A stretch of 64,000 nucleotides of DNA from an uncultured bacterium (GTDB lineage Bacteria; Patescibacteriota; Minisyncoccia; Phycocordibacterales; GWA1-40-21): positions 9,026-73,025 of the forward strand of contig CAIKXE010000004.1 in assembly GCA_903831305.1 (NCBI GenBank), in the 5' to 3' direction. Each line of letters starts with the position of its first letter. The first letter of the stretch is position 1. Made by a program: the position numbers and the translations under genes. The notes below the pieces were generated by a model that had not been told where the DNA came from, made no database searches, and saw only the letters and a program-made list of their open reading frames with translations. Below are positions 30,297-39,431 of the stretch, one piece after another.

Positions 30297-31349
30297 ATGA
30301 CAAAATATAAAATAATCAAGACTAAAGAGCTAACGGATTCTGAAGTAGAAATAGAGTGTGAAATAGACGCGGAGGCGGTGGCCACCTACCGACCAAAGGC
30401 AATTGCTAAAATCCAGAAAGACCTCAGCTTACCCGGTTTCCGCCCTGGTCATGTACCGGAAGCCATGCTCGTCAAGCATGTCGGCGAGCTCTATATTTAT
30501 AATGAGATGGCCGAGCTAGCCATTAACGCTTCTTTTCCAGAAATAATTACTGAGAGCAAAACCAGTTTTATCACCATGCCAAATATTCAGATTACTAAAT
30601 TAGCGGACAAGAACCCCGTGTTATTTAAAATCATTGGTCCTGTAATGCCAGAGATAAAGCTAGCGGATTATAAAAAAATCGCCAAGAAAGAAAATGAAGC
30701 TAAGTCAGAGCCCACTGAATCTACGGAAAAAGAATTAGAAGAAACGATAGAGGAGATCCGCAAAAATTTTGCTTTGAGAAACCATACGCATGCCGAGGGT
30801 GAAGAACATAAAGCTGATGAAAAAATGGATCTGCCAGAAGTGACCTTAGACTGGGTAAAGAAACTCGGCGCCTTTGAGACCATGGAGGATTTTAAAATTA
30901 AGATAAAGGAAGGAATACAGAAGGAAAAAGAATTCAAAGCCAAGGATAAAAAGCGTATGGCCATTATTGAAAAGATTTTAGAGGATACAAAAGTCACTTT
31001 ACCTAAAGTGATGATTGAGAGCGAGCTCCATAAAATGCAAGCTCAGTTTGAAGATGATATTACCCGCGCGGGCTTAAAAGTGGAAGATTATTTAAAGCAT
31101 TTAAAAAAGACCCCCGAGGATTTGAAAAAAGAGTGGGCGGGAGATGCGGAAAAGAGGGCCAAGGTCCAGGTCATCATCACCAAGATTGCCTTAGAGGAAA
31201 AGATTGAAGCTGATCCTGAGATCGTAAAAAAAGAAGTAGAAAATCTATTAAAAACTTATAAAGACGCCACTGAGGATCGCACCCGCGCTTATGTGGAAAT
31301 GATGCTCACCAATGAAAAGGTCTTTGAGTGGCTGGAGAATATAAAATAA
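30297..31349 (+). CDS. tig: Trigger factor lacking the FKBP PPIase domain
   Basis: PGFRPGHVP ribosome-binding motif; only 350 aa; located near clpP. Confidence 0.88.
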   Translation: MTKYKIIKTKELTDSEVEIECEIDAEAVATYRPKAIAKIQKDLSLPGFRPGHVPEAMLVKHVGELYIYNEMAELAINASFPEIITESKTSFITMPNIQITKLADKNPVLFKIIGPVMPEIKLADYKKIAKKENEAKSEPTESTEKELEETIEEIRKNFALRNHTHAEGEEHKADEKMDLPEVTLDWVKKLGAFETMEDFKIKIKEGIQKEKEFKAKDKKRMAIIEKILEDTKVTLPKVMIESELHKMQAQFEDDITRAGLKVEDYLKHLKKTPEDLKKEWAGDAEKRAKVQVIITKIALEEKIEADPEIVKKEVENLLKTYKDATEDRTRAYVEMMLTNEKVFEWLENIK

Positions 31350-31351
31350 AA

Positions 31352-32113
31352 TCATCCCCGGTGAAAGGCTTCCCAGACAGCGGTGATAGCCGCTGTTTCT
31401 GCCCGCAGAATATTGTGACCAAGAGAGCAAACCTGAAAATTATTCTCTGTAAATAGCTTCATTTCTTTTTCCGTCCACCCGCCTTCCGGACCCACAAACA
31501 CCGCTACTTTTTCAACTAATATTTGCCCCGCTTCATCATATCCCCGCTCGGTAGCTGAATCACAATTTAATTCACCAGTATGAAAAGCCACACACATTTT
31601 ATTATTTTTCTTGGCCAGCAAAACCGCTGATTCTAAATCAGTAATTTCAAAAACCTCGGGGAGGCTTAGCCGGCCACTTTGTTCACTGGCCTCTTTAACA
31701 ATTTTTTCCAAACGAGGAATATTCAGATCCTTCTTTTCACTACGCAGAGAAATCACTGGGTGAATCTCCGCCACACCAATCTCCGTACATTTTTCCGCGG
31801 CTAATTCAAAATTATTTTTTTTAATCAGAGACAAATAAAGAGAAACAAAATTACGATCCGTCAAATGATATTCTCTAGGTGACTCGGCCAGGACCGGCAC
31901 TACGGTTTTAGCTAAACTCAAAATTACTTCTGTTCTACTCGCGGAAACTATTTCCGCCTTACCCTCAAAACCAGTACCGTCAAATACAATGATAGAATCC
32001 CCCACTTTGAACCGAAAAACGTTTAGGAGCTGATGGATCAAATCAGCATCGGAGATAGTCACCTCCTCATTATTACCCACCTTTTGCGCAATATAAAATC
32101 GGTGTAACCTCAT
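31352..32113 (-). CDS. rsmE: 16S rRNA m3U1498 methyltransferase (start reassigned to MRLHRF)
   Basis: EKCTEIGV, EASEQSGR, VGPEGGW and LGHNILRAETA motifs. Confidence 0.93.
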   Translation of the reverse strand: MRLHRFYIAQKVGNNEEVTISDADLIHQLLNVFRFKVGDSIIVFDGTGFEGKAEIVSASRTEVILSLAKTVVPVLAESPREYHLTDRNFVSLYLSLIKKNNFELAAEKCTEIGVAEIHPVISLRSEKKDLNIPRLEKIVKEASEQSGRLSLPEVFEITDLESAVLLAKKNNKMCVAFHTGELNCDSATERGYDEAGQILVEKVAVFVGPEGGWTEKEMKLFTENNFQVCSLGHNILRAETAAITAVWEAFHRG

Positions 32114-32146
32114 ATGAAACAGTATAGCGTAAAACAAACACAAAAC

Positions 32147-32275
32147 ACAACCGCCCCGGTCATCGGAATGACCACCCCGCCTTGACTAAGGCGGGGAAAG
32201 GGAACAGGAGCAGGTAGGGTCCCCTTTCTCCTCCTTGATTAAGGAGGAGTACCGAGTCGGCGAGGGGAGGTGGTG
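32147..32275. repeat. Family A REP-like doublet in the divergent rsmE/clpP spacer
   Basis: CCCCGCCTTGACTAAGGCGGGG and CTCCTCCTTGATTAAGGAGGAG-TACCGAGTCGGCGAGGGGAGGTGGT. Confidence 0.8.
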
Positions 32276-32338
32276 GGGTGGTTGTGTTTTTTGTTTCTTT
32301 ATTATAATCTTTACTCATTATCAACTAATATAAAATTT

Positions 32339-32914
32339 ATGTCATATTTAATTCCTACGGTTATTGAAAAGGGGCAAAACGGCGAACGCGCTTATGATAT
32401 TTATTCTAGGCTATTAAAAGAAAATATTATTTTCCTCGGTGGTCCGATCGATGATGATGTAGCCAACATTATTATTGCTCAGCTTTTATTTTTACAAAGC
32501 GAGGATCCTAAAAAAGATATCAAACTTTATATAAATTCCCCTGGTGGTCATGTCTCCGCGGGTCTCGCCATTATTGATACTATGAATCATATCAAAAATG
32601 ATGTCTCCACCGTCTGTGTGGGTATGGCGGCTTCCATGGGCGCGGTGATCCTAGCCTCCGGTGCCAAGGGTAAAAGGTATTCCCTACCAAACTCAGAGAT
32701 CATGATCCACCAACCATTAGGGGGCGCCCAGGGTCAAGCTACTGATATTCAGATTACCGCTAAACAAATTCTAAAATTAAAGGAAAAGTTAAACAAAATG
32801 ATGGCCGAGAGAACAGGCAAAACCTTTGCGGAAATAGAAAAGGATGCTGACCGTGACTACTATATGTCCGCCGACGAAGCTAAAAAGTATGGCATTGTGG
32901 ATAAAGTGCTCTAG
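32339..32914 (+). CDS. clpP: ATP-dependent Clp protease proteolytic subunit (start at MSYLIP)
   Basis: [20 protein letters not shown] and MIHQP motifs. Confidence 0.96.
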   Translation: MSYLIPTVIEKGQNGERAYDIYSRLLKENIIFLGGPIDDDVANIIIAQLLFLQSEDPKKDIKLYINSPGGHVSAGLAIIDTMNHIKNDVSTVCVGMAASMGAVILASGAKGKRYSLPNSEIMIHQPLGGAQGQATDIQITAKQILKLKEKLNKMMAERTGKTFAEIEKDADRDYYMSADEAKKYGIVDKVL

Positions 32915-33132
32915 GTTGAAAATTGTCTGACTGGTTTTTAAGCATTGGACATTTTGTTCAAAATATTATAGTATGAAAAAGTTACTAATTAATTTATATG
33001 ACCCTGTTTTTTATCCATTTGAAATCAAAATATCTAGTGTCTAGGCAAAAAATGCCTTTATTTAGTCTACCAAAGGGTAACTAATAAAATTTGTTTTCAA
33101 TTACATAAAAAGCGGAGCATATTCGCAAATTT

Positions 33133-34662
33133 ATGTCATTACAAATTGTAATTTTGTTGGCGGGAGGGGCGGGACTCTTGGGCATTGCCCTGGGGTACTT
33201 TTTGCGTTTGATCATTTCCCTTGGGAAAAAGGGCTCCATGGAGCTAGAGATAAAAGGGATGATGCTTCAAGCCAAGGAGGAAGCTAAAAAGATAGTCTTA
33301 GAAGCGGAGAACAAAGCGGTTGAGACTTTGAAGGAAATCAAAGCCGAGGCTAAAGAGAAAGAAGACGCGTCCAAGATCGTGGAGGCCAGATTGATCAAAA
33401 AGGAGGATCTCCTGGACCAGCGCCAAACGGATATTGATAAGGAAGTAGAAAACATCAAAAAGAAAATTCTAGAGATCAAAGAGATCCGCGAACGAGCAGA
33501 GAAAGTGGAGTCTGAAAAAGTAGGCGAATTACAAAAAATAGCTAATTTGAGTGTGGAGGAAGCCAAAGAAGAAATCCTAAAAGCCACGGAAAAAAAATAT
33601 GAGGAAGATATTTTAGTTCGTATAAAGAAACTTGAGTTATTTGGAGAAGAAAAATATGAGGCCAAGGCCAAAGAAATTTTGACCACCGCTATCCAAAGAC
33701 TAGGTAACTCTGTGGCCTCAGATGTCATGTCCACTATTGTGAATATCCCATCAGATGAGATGAAGGGTAAGATCATTGGTAAGGAAGGAAAAAACATTAA
33801 AGCGTTTGAAAGAGCTACCGGTGTAGAAGTGATAGTAGATGATACCCCAGGAGCTATCACCATATCCTCCTTTGATCCCGTACGCAGACAAGTAGCGAGA
33901 GTGGCCTTGGAAAACCTCTTACTAGATGGACGCATTCAACCCGTCAAGATTGAGAAAATAGTGGAAGAGGCTAAATTAAGTATAAATAAAATCATTAAAG
34001 AAAAGGGCGAGGCCGCCGCTTATGAATGTGGGGTCTTTAACTTGGATCCGCGCATCGTCGCTATCCTTGGTCGCTTACACTTCCGCACTAGTTATGGCCA
34101 AAATGTGCTTCAGCACTCAGTGGAGATGGCCCATATTGCCGGCATGATTGCCGAAGAAATGAAGGCCAATGTCACGGTGGCCAAGACGGCCGCCCTCTTA
34201 CACGACCTTGGTAAAGCCGTGGATCATGAAGTGGCTGGTACCCATGTGGAGATTGGTCGCCGTATCCTCCAGAAATTTGGAGCCAGTGAGGAAATCATCA
34301 AGGCTATGCAAAGCCATCATGAAGAATACCCTTATGAATCCGTAGAATCCATCATTGTCCAAGTGGCTGACGCCATCTCTGGTAGTCGCCCGGGCGCTAG
34401 ACGTGACAACATTGAGAACTATATCAAGAGATTACAGGACCTAGAAGCCTTGGCTAATTCCTTTGCTGGTGTGGAGAAATCCTATGCCTTGCAAGCCGGT
34501 CGTGAAGTACGGGTCTTCGTTACCCCAGAGCAGATTACTGACTTAGAAGCCAAAAATCTGGCTCATGATATAGCCCAAAAGATAGAAACGGATCTGAAAT
34601 ACCCAGGAGAAATCAAGGTAAACGTGATTCGTGAGCTCCGAGTAGTAGAATACGCCAGATAA
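33133..34662 (+). CDS. rny: Ribonuclease Y
   Basis: N-terminal TM, coiled coil, KH domain (KGKIIGKEG) and HD domain (LLHDLGK). Confidence 0.96.
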   Translation: MSLQIVILLAGGAGLLGIALGYFLRLIISLGKKGSMELEIKGMMLQAKEEAKKIVLEAENKAVETLKEIKAEAKEKEDASKIVEARLIKKEDLLDQRQTDIDKEVENIKKKILEIKEIRERAEKVESEKVGELQKIANLSVEEAKEEILKATEKKYEEDILVRIKKLELFGEEKYEAKAKEILTTAIQRLGNSVASDVMSTIVNIPSDEMKGKIIGKEGKNIKAFERATGVEVIVDDTPGAITISSFDPVRRQVARVALENLLLDGRIQPVKIEKIVEEAKLSINKIIKEKGEAAAYECGVFNLDPRIVAILGRLHFRTSYGQNVLQHSVEMAHIAGMIAEEMKANVTVAKTAALLHDLGKAVDHEVAGTHVEIGRRILQKFGASEEIIKAMQSHHEEYPYESVESIIVQVADAISGSRPGARRDNIENYIKRLQDLEALANSFAGVEKSYALQAGREVRVFVTPEQITDLEAKNLAHDIAQKIETDLKYPGEIKVNVIRELRVVEYAR

Positions 34663-34793
34663 TCTGTCAAGACTTTTCCCCTCTTGCCCTTTATTTACAA
34701 GGGTATATAATAGTAGGGTAAGTAAGGTCGAAATAATTATTAGAATAAATTAAATTTGTTTGCTCGCGCGAGCAATTAAAGTAAAAAAATAAT

Positions 34794-35066
34794 ATGAATA
34801 AACAAGCAATTGTCGAGGCCGTAAATGGTATTTTGAACACCACTAAAGTTCAAGCTGAACAAGTAGTTGATAAGGTTTTTGATTCAATCGTCGCTTCTCT
34901 TAAGAAAGGCGAGGAAGTATCTGTCGCTGGTTTGGGTATCTTCTCAGTGAAGGCCCGCGCCGCTCGTGATGCTAGAAATCCAAGAACTGGTGAGACCGTC
35001 AAGGTCCCTGCTATGAATGTGCCAAAATTCCGAGCTGCTAAAGCTTTGAAGGACGCTGTTAAGTAA
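34794..35066 (+). CDS. hup: DNA-binding protein HU
   Basis: MNKQ..., GLGIF, ARNPRTGE and PKFRAAKALKDAV. Confidence 0.95.
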   Translation: MNKQAIVEAVNGILNTTKVQAEQVVDKVFDSIVASLKKGEEVSVAGLGIFSVKARAARDARNPRTGETVKVPAMNVPKFRAAKALKDAVK

Positions 35067-35074
35067 TTCTTAAT

Positions 35075-35112
35075 AAAAAAGCACTCTGAAGTTTATCAAG
35101 GGGTGCTTTTTT
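35075..35112. terminator. Bidirectional intrinsic terminator
   Basis: AAAAAAGCACTCT...AGGGGTGCTTTTTT between convergent genes. Confidence 0.7.
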
Positions 35113-35130
35113 ATTTTGTAAATCTTTATT

Positions 35131-36354
35131 TTACGGCTTCTCGGTATTATAAATATTCAATATTTCCTCTACCGAGAGAGCTTTACTATAAATACGAACA
35201 TTATCAACAACCCCAGTAAAAAAACCTTGGACCGCACCATAGGTAGCCTGAGCACCAAATACTGAAATATTTGCTTTTGTTGTTGCACTAGTAAAGATAC
35301 TATACAGCCATTTAGTTTTGTCGGTTTCAGTACCTATATTTAAACTTTTTTCTACACCATTTAAATAAACAACCGGCGATATTGCGTTTTGAGTAACGGT
35401 AATCATCCCCCAATTATTTATAATGGGATCTAATGTGTCAGTAGAAGTATAGTAACTCCACATTACAGAACTATCCTGATTAAGACTTATTGATAATCTA
35501 TCAAATCTCATATCCGGAACTATATACATTCTGGTTTGTCCGCTCCAAGAAGAAATTGACACAGCATGTCCTTCACTATAAATATCTGGCATTCTAATCC
35601 AAAAATTAACAGACCCGGTTGTATTTTGACTTAGAGAGGATGAACTAATACCACTAATGTCAATATAATCATTCCCATCAAACGCATACGCCGTATTAGA
35701 GAGTCCCTTCACCCCCGTAGTGGCAGTAGCACCAGTGACAGTACCGTTATTACTCCCCCAGTTATCATTCGCATTCCCATCAAAGGACCAGTAAGAGACT
35801 AAGTGATCTGGCAAGATACCGTCAGAGGGTCCTAGAGCAATGGTTTGAGACAGTTCAGCATTAGAGGCTTTGACATAGATCTTGTTAGCGGAGTTCTTAG
35901 CCACTAGGTAGCCAGTGGAGGTACCAGAAGACTGGGGGTCAGTAGGAATAGCTACTAGGTAAGTAGGGACTAGGGGTGATAGGTCGACATAGCCAGTACA
36001 GGAGACACTGTGAGGGGAAGAGGTGGCTCCAGTGTTACAGATCTCTCCTAGGTTAGTGGCAGGGACACCAGCAGGGTAAGTACCGTTATCTATATAGTAT
36101 TGGTATAAAGCTTTGTTGATTTCCGCTAGATTAGCCTTCCTTTGGGTATTACGGACTTGGGAGAACATCTTGATGGGGTTTAGGGCCAGGATGACGATAC
36201 TGGCGAGGATGGCGATGATACCGATGACGAGGAGGATTTCGAGGAGGGTAAACCCGCTCACTAACTTTTTTCTAAAAGTTAGTGAGCGGGTAAAGCCCCC
36301 ACTACGCTTTAGCTTCGCGGGGCAGGCTTTCTGTTTGTATGCTTTTAAGGTCAT
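35131..36354 (-). CDS. Pilin-like protein with a C-terminal LamG/concanavalin-like domain; its leader peptide carries two palindromic insertions
   Basis: G|FTLLEILLVIGIIAILA; YLVAIPTDP; LVSYWSFDG...GVVDNVRIYSKALS. Confidence 0.82.
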   Translation of the reverse strand: MTLKAYKQKACPAKLKRSGGFTRSLTFRKKLVSGFTLLEILLVIGIIAILASIVILALNPIKMFSQVRNTQRKANLAEINKALYQYYIDNGTYPAGVPATNLGEICNTGATSSPHSVSCTGYVDLSPLVPTYLVAIPTDPQSSGTSTGYLVAKNSANKIYVKASNAELSQTIALGPSDGILPDHLVSYWSFDGNANDNWGSNNGTVTGATATTGVKGLSNTAYAFDGNDYIDISGISSSSLSQNTTGSVNFWIRMPDIYSEGHAVSISSWSGQTRMYIVPDMRFDRLSISLNQDSSVMWSYYTSTDTLDPIINNWGMITVTQNAISPVVYLNGVEKSLNIGTETDKTKWLYSIFTSATTKANISVFGAQATYGAVQGFFTGVVDNVRIYSKALSVEEILNIYNTEKP

Positions 36355-36448
36355 GATATTAAATAAACCTGTGCTTAATATAATAGCATATATACTGCGA
36401 ACCAACACACCGTTTTGCTCAACTCAGTACCTAATTAGTCACAATTTC

Positions 36449-36568
36449 AAGTAAGCCATGGCTTACTTCAGCAAAGAGTATACTTAATATTATTATTGTT
36501 AAAGTGGTCAACGTGGCAGGTTGACCACCTTAGACAAAATACCAAGTGAACCATGGTTCACTTGGTAT
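36449..36568. repeat. Cluster of short REP-like palindromes (family F)
   Basis: AAGTAAGCCATGGCTTACTT (36449-36468) and ATACCAAGTGAACCATGGTTCACTTGGTAT (36539-36568); another copy at 47918-47939. Confidence 0.75.
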
Positions 36569-36601
36569 CGGTTACTAATATAATAACAAAACATTTCATT
36601 G

Positions 36602-36672
36602 TGCGGGTAGGGCGAATCGAACGCCCAACATCAGTTTGGAAAACTGAAGTTTTACCATTAAACTATACCCGC
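36602..36672 (-). tRNA. tRNA-Gly(TCC)
   Basis: GCGGGTA acceptor stem, TCAGT-TTTCCAA-ACTGA anticodon arm, GTTCGATTC T-loop; CCA not encoded. Confidence 0.95.
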
Positions 36673-36721
36673 GAACATAATTAAAAGAACCCTCACATTA
36701 TACACATTTTCCCCAAATTTC

Positions 36722-36820
36722 AAAGTAACAAACGTCAAAATTATTTAATTTTAAAAGTCCTCGGATCCCCTCGTCAGAACTTCGGCCAGACATTTTAAAA
36801 TCAAACAATTTTTACTTTGC
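36722..36820. repeat. Family B palindromic element (inverted copy)
   Basis: ATTTAATTTTAAAAGTCCTCGGATCCCCTCGTCAGAACTTCGGCCAGACATTTTAAAATCAAA. Confidence 0.85.
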
Positions 36821-36821
36821 A

Positions 36822-37124
36822 CTACACTGTACCTTTAGAAATCCGAACCACCTCTTCAAAATTATCATTCTTCTCCACTTTCTTCCGGCGCAAGAAATTA
36901 CATTTTTTACACTGATAAGTGAGCACATATTCCCCTTTCTCTATCTCCACCCTGACCGGTTTCATCAACCCTTGGCAAGTGGAAGCACGGTCCCCGGGGT
37001 TTATGTCCACATGTTTACTCCACAAGCATTTTGGGCAGTGGTTCGTATAGCCATCCCCTATCACTTGTTCACCACATTTTTCACAAGTAAAATCCTCAAT
37101 CCTTTTTTGAAACAATTTTGGCAT
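36822..37124 (-). CDS. RNHCP-domain zinc-binding protein
   Basis: FTCEKCG...TNHCPKCLWSKHVD..PGDR...C.GLM.P motifs. Confidence 0.88.
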   Translation of the reverse strand: MPKLFQKRIEDFTCEKCGEQVIGDGYTNHCPKCLWSKHVDINPGDRASTCQGLMKPVRVEIEKGEYVLTYQCKKCNFLRRKKVEKNDNFEEVVRISKGTV

Positions 37125-37182
37125 ATTTATATTCTTTCACAAAATAAAAAACTATGCTAGTATTCCATGGTCAATCAAATAT

Positions 37183-37253
37183 CGGGGCGTGGTGTAACGG
37201 TAGCATTCATGATTTGGGATCATGCAGTTCGGGTTCAAATCCCGGCGCCCCGA
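37183..37253 (+). tRNA. tRNA-Pro(TGG)
   Basis: CGGGGCG acceptor stem, CATGA-TTTGGGA-TCATG anticodon arm, GTTCAAATC T-loop. Confidence 0.95.
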
Positions 37254-37522
37254 CAAGTTAAACGGCCTCAAGCCGTTTTTAACTTGTCGGGGCGCAAAAA
37301 TGCGACTAAGCATTTTTAGGGATTTGAAAAGGTTCTCCCATATTTTTGAATCCTGACTATCTTATGGAAGGATGAAAAAATGGGAAACCTATACTGGTCA
37401 TGTAATGACCAAAACTCCCGGTGACCAGGCAAATTTTTGTGACGACAAAAATTTAGCCGAGGGAAAAACTCCCGGCAAGACGGAAAAGTACCCGACGGTG
37501 TAACCGTCAAAATTCCCGGCCT
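37254..37522 (+). other. tRNA-3'-associated multi-hairpin element
   Basis: Contains antisense to the tRNA 3' end (TCGGGGCGC) and T-arm (GGGATTTGAA), a GACG-loop hairpin, and three AAA(C/T)TCCCGG T-arm-like repeats. Confidence 0.65.
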
Positions 37523-37557
37523 ACAAGCTCTATCGGACATCCATAAAGGACATCCTT

Positions 37558-38043
37558 TTATAATATAATATCCTCCATATAATTCACCTTGGCCTGCATA
37601 CTTTTTAGGTCCAAATACACTACCGCCACATCAAACTGCCAGTCTACCTCAGTGTTTACCCTTCCAGTTACATGTGCCTGCCCGCCAACTCGGAGGGAAA
37701 CAGCGGTATTCCCTCTGTAACCAAGCAAAAACGTCTGTATTACCCTACTCAGGCGCTTTAACTTCCAAGGGTGGAGGTTATCTTCCGGTCGATATTTATC
37801 CATTTCATACGAAACAGGTGATCCCGGTTTAGTAATATAGTCTGGCAAATGAGAAACAGTTTTAACCTCAATGAAGTGCAGCTTTTGGCCTTTCCGGGCA
37901 ATAATGTCTATTTCACCCCATTTCTTTAGGTAATTCCGCTCAATCACCTCAAAACCACGTTTCACCAGAAACCTACAGGCAATATTCTCGCCAATATCCC
38001 CTATTTTTCGCTTTTCTGTCCTTTTGTCTTCCATTTGTTTCAT
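37558..38043 (-). CDS. YraN (UPF0102) family putative endonuclease
   Basis: GE..AC.FL...G..VIERNY...WGEIDII...FIEVKT...FDV. Confidence 0.9.
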   Translation of the reverse strand: MKQMEDKRTEKRKIGDIGENIACRFLVKRGFEVIERNYLKKWGEIDIIARKGQKLHFIEVKTVSHLPDYITKPGSPVSYEMDKYRPEDNLHPWKLKRLSRVIQTFLLGYRGNTAVSLRVGGQAHVTGRVNTEVDWQFDVAVVYLDLKSMQAKVNYMEDIIL

Positions 38044-38056
38044 ATGTAACGTTAGA

Positions 38057-38168
38057 AATCATCACCGGGAATATAATTTTTGGAGTGCGCATAATTTTCT
38101 GCTGAAAATTTGCTCTCTCTCGCCTACCCGGCTGTGAAGCCTCCAAAATCATATTCCCGGTATGATTT
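38057..38168. repeat. Family D ~85-bp structured repeat
   Basis: TTTTGGAGTGCGCATAATTTTCTGCTGAAAATTTGCTCTCTCTCGCCTACCCGGCTGTGAAGCCTCCAAAATCATATT; copies at 45765-45882 (inverted) and 57191-57297. Confidence 0.9.
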
Positions 38169-38830
38169 TAGATCTTACGTAAAATCATCTCAAACTTGGG
38201 CTGAGACTTAATGTCCTGAATATCCTTATAAACCACAAAGAAGCGGTATGGGCAAAGCTTTTCAATATCCTCCGGCTTATAAAAGTAATAATATTTCTCA
38301 TCACCCAGGTTCGTAGTCAATTTTTCCTGATAATCACCGTATTTACTAGAAAAAATACACAAAACACCCCCCGGTTTAAGCATTTTGTGGCATTTATCTA
38401 TAATACTAGCCGTTTCCGCCATGTTCATATGCACAAAAAAGGAAAAGGCAAAAATAATACCAAACGTTTCATGAACCTGCCCGCCAACTCCTAGGGTAAC
38501 CTCCATCTGCCGAACATCAACTAACCTAAAGTCCACCCCCGGATTTCTAGCTTTTGCTTCCTTTAAAAGTCCGGCCGAGGCATCTAAACCGATATAATTA
38601 TCCTTACCAAGTCGAGAAACGATATACTCAGCATCCCTACCACTTCCACAGCCAAGCTCCAGCACCTTATCTGATCCACTCTCATTTAGCTTGATGGCTC
38701 TATCAATATCCACCGTACTGACCCCATGACCATCAAAACGTTCCGCATAAAACTGCGGGTTTTTATCATAGGCTTCAATTGTTTTCTTATTTTTGTCCAT
38801 TATTTCCTTCATTTGTTTCATCTGAAACAC
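38168..38830 (-). CDS. Class I SAM-dependent methyltransferase (true start may be a downstream Met)
   Basis: VLELGCGSGRD, GLDAS and LKPGG motifs. Confidence 0.88.
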   Translation of the reverse strand: MFQMKQMKEIMDKNKKTIEAYDKNPQFYAERFDGHGVSTVDIDRAIKLNESGSDKVLELGCGSGRDAEYIVSRLGKDNYIGLDASAGLLKEAKARNPGVDFRLVDVRQMEVTLGVGGQVHETFGIIFAFSFFVHMNMAETASIIDKCHKMLKPGGVLCIFSSKYGDYQEKLTTNLGDEKYYYFYKPEDIEKLCPYRFFVVYKDIQDIKSQPKFEMILRKI

Positions 38831-38848
38831 TATTTACTAGATATATCC

Positions 38849-38864
38849 TGTTTCACGTGAAACA
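38849..38864. promoter_or_regulatory. parS centromere site (perfect consensus)
   Basis: TGTTTCACGTGAAACA; degenerate copies at 38814, 38036, 37958 and 37801. Confidence 0.9.
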
Positions 38865-39001
38865 TTTACCATGTTTGACTTTAATCTAAAAAGTTATTTT
38901 GTCTGTCTATTTAAATATCGTTATTACTAGCCATATTTTGTTAAGGACCTAATTAAATGATCACGAATAGCTCTTTTTTAAGGCCATTTATTGGACGTCT
39001 G

Positions 39002-39030
39002 TTATCAACATATCCCCATAGTTATCCACA
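39002..39030 (+). promoter_or_regulatory. DnaA-box cluster
   Basis: TTATCAACA (39002), ATATCCCCA (39010) and perfect TTATCCACA (39022) in an AT-rich intergenic region. Confidence 0.65.
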
Positions 39031-39256
39031 GTTTGACCTTTTTAGAAAGTTTACAGAATAAGCATTTTACACTTATAACTATAAACAAAGGCTAGAAAAT
39101 GTGTCAGAGTTTGCCCATCTGTCCTTTATGAGTAAGTACCAAAGAGCTGGTTAAAAAGATTAGTTTATGAGAAAAATAATTTTCTAACCATACTAAGTAT
39201 AGCACCTTAAATTATAATTTGTAAAAAAAATGATTTTAATATATGATAGGGAAGTT

Positions 39257-39327
39257 GCGGGCATGGTTTAGTGGTAGAACAGGTCCTTGCCAAGGATCAG
39301 ACGGGAGTCCGATTCTCCCTGCCCGCA
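39257..39327 (+). tRNA. tRNA-Gly(GCC)
   Basis: GCGGGCA acceptor stem, GGTCC-TTGCCAA-GGATC anticodon arm; the T-loop reads TCCGATT. Confidence 0.92.
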
Positions 39328-39356
39328 CTCCGAATTGTTTATTAATACATAACTTT

Positions 39357-39431
39357 GCTCCCATGGTGAAATGGATATCACGCAACGCTTCGGACGTTGT
39401 ATTGTGGGTTCGAGTCCTACTGGGGGCGCCA
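39357..39431 (+). tRNA. tRNA-Arg(TCG), CCA encoded
   Basis: CAACG-CTTCGGA-CGTTG anticodon arm, GTTCGAGTC T-loop, 3' GCGCCA. Confidence 0.93.
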
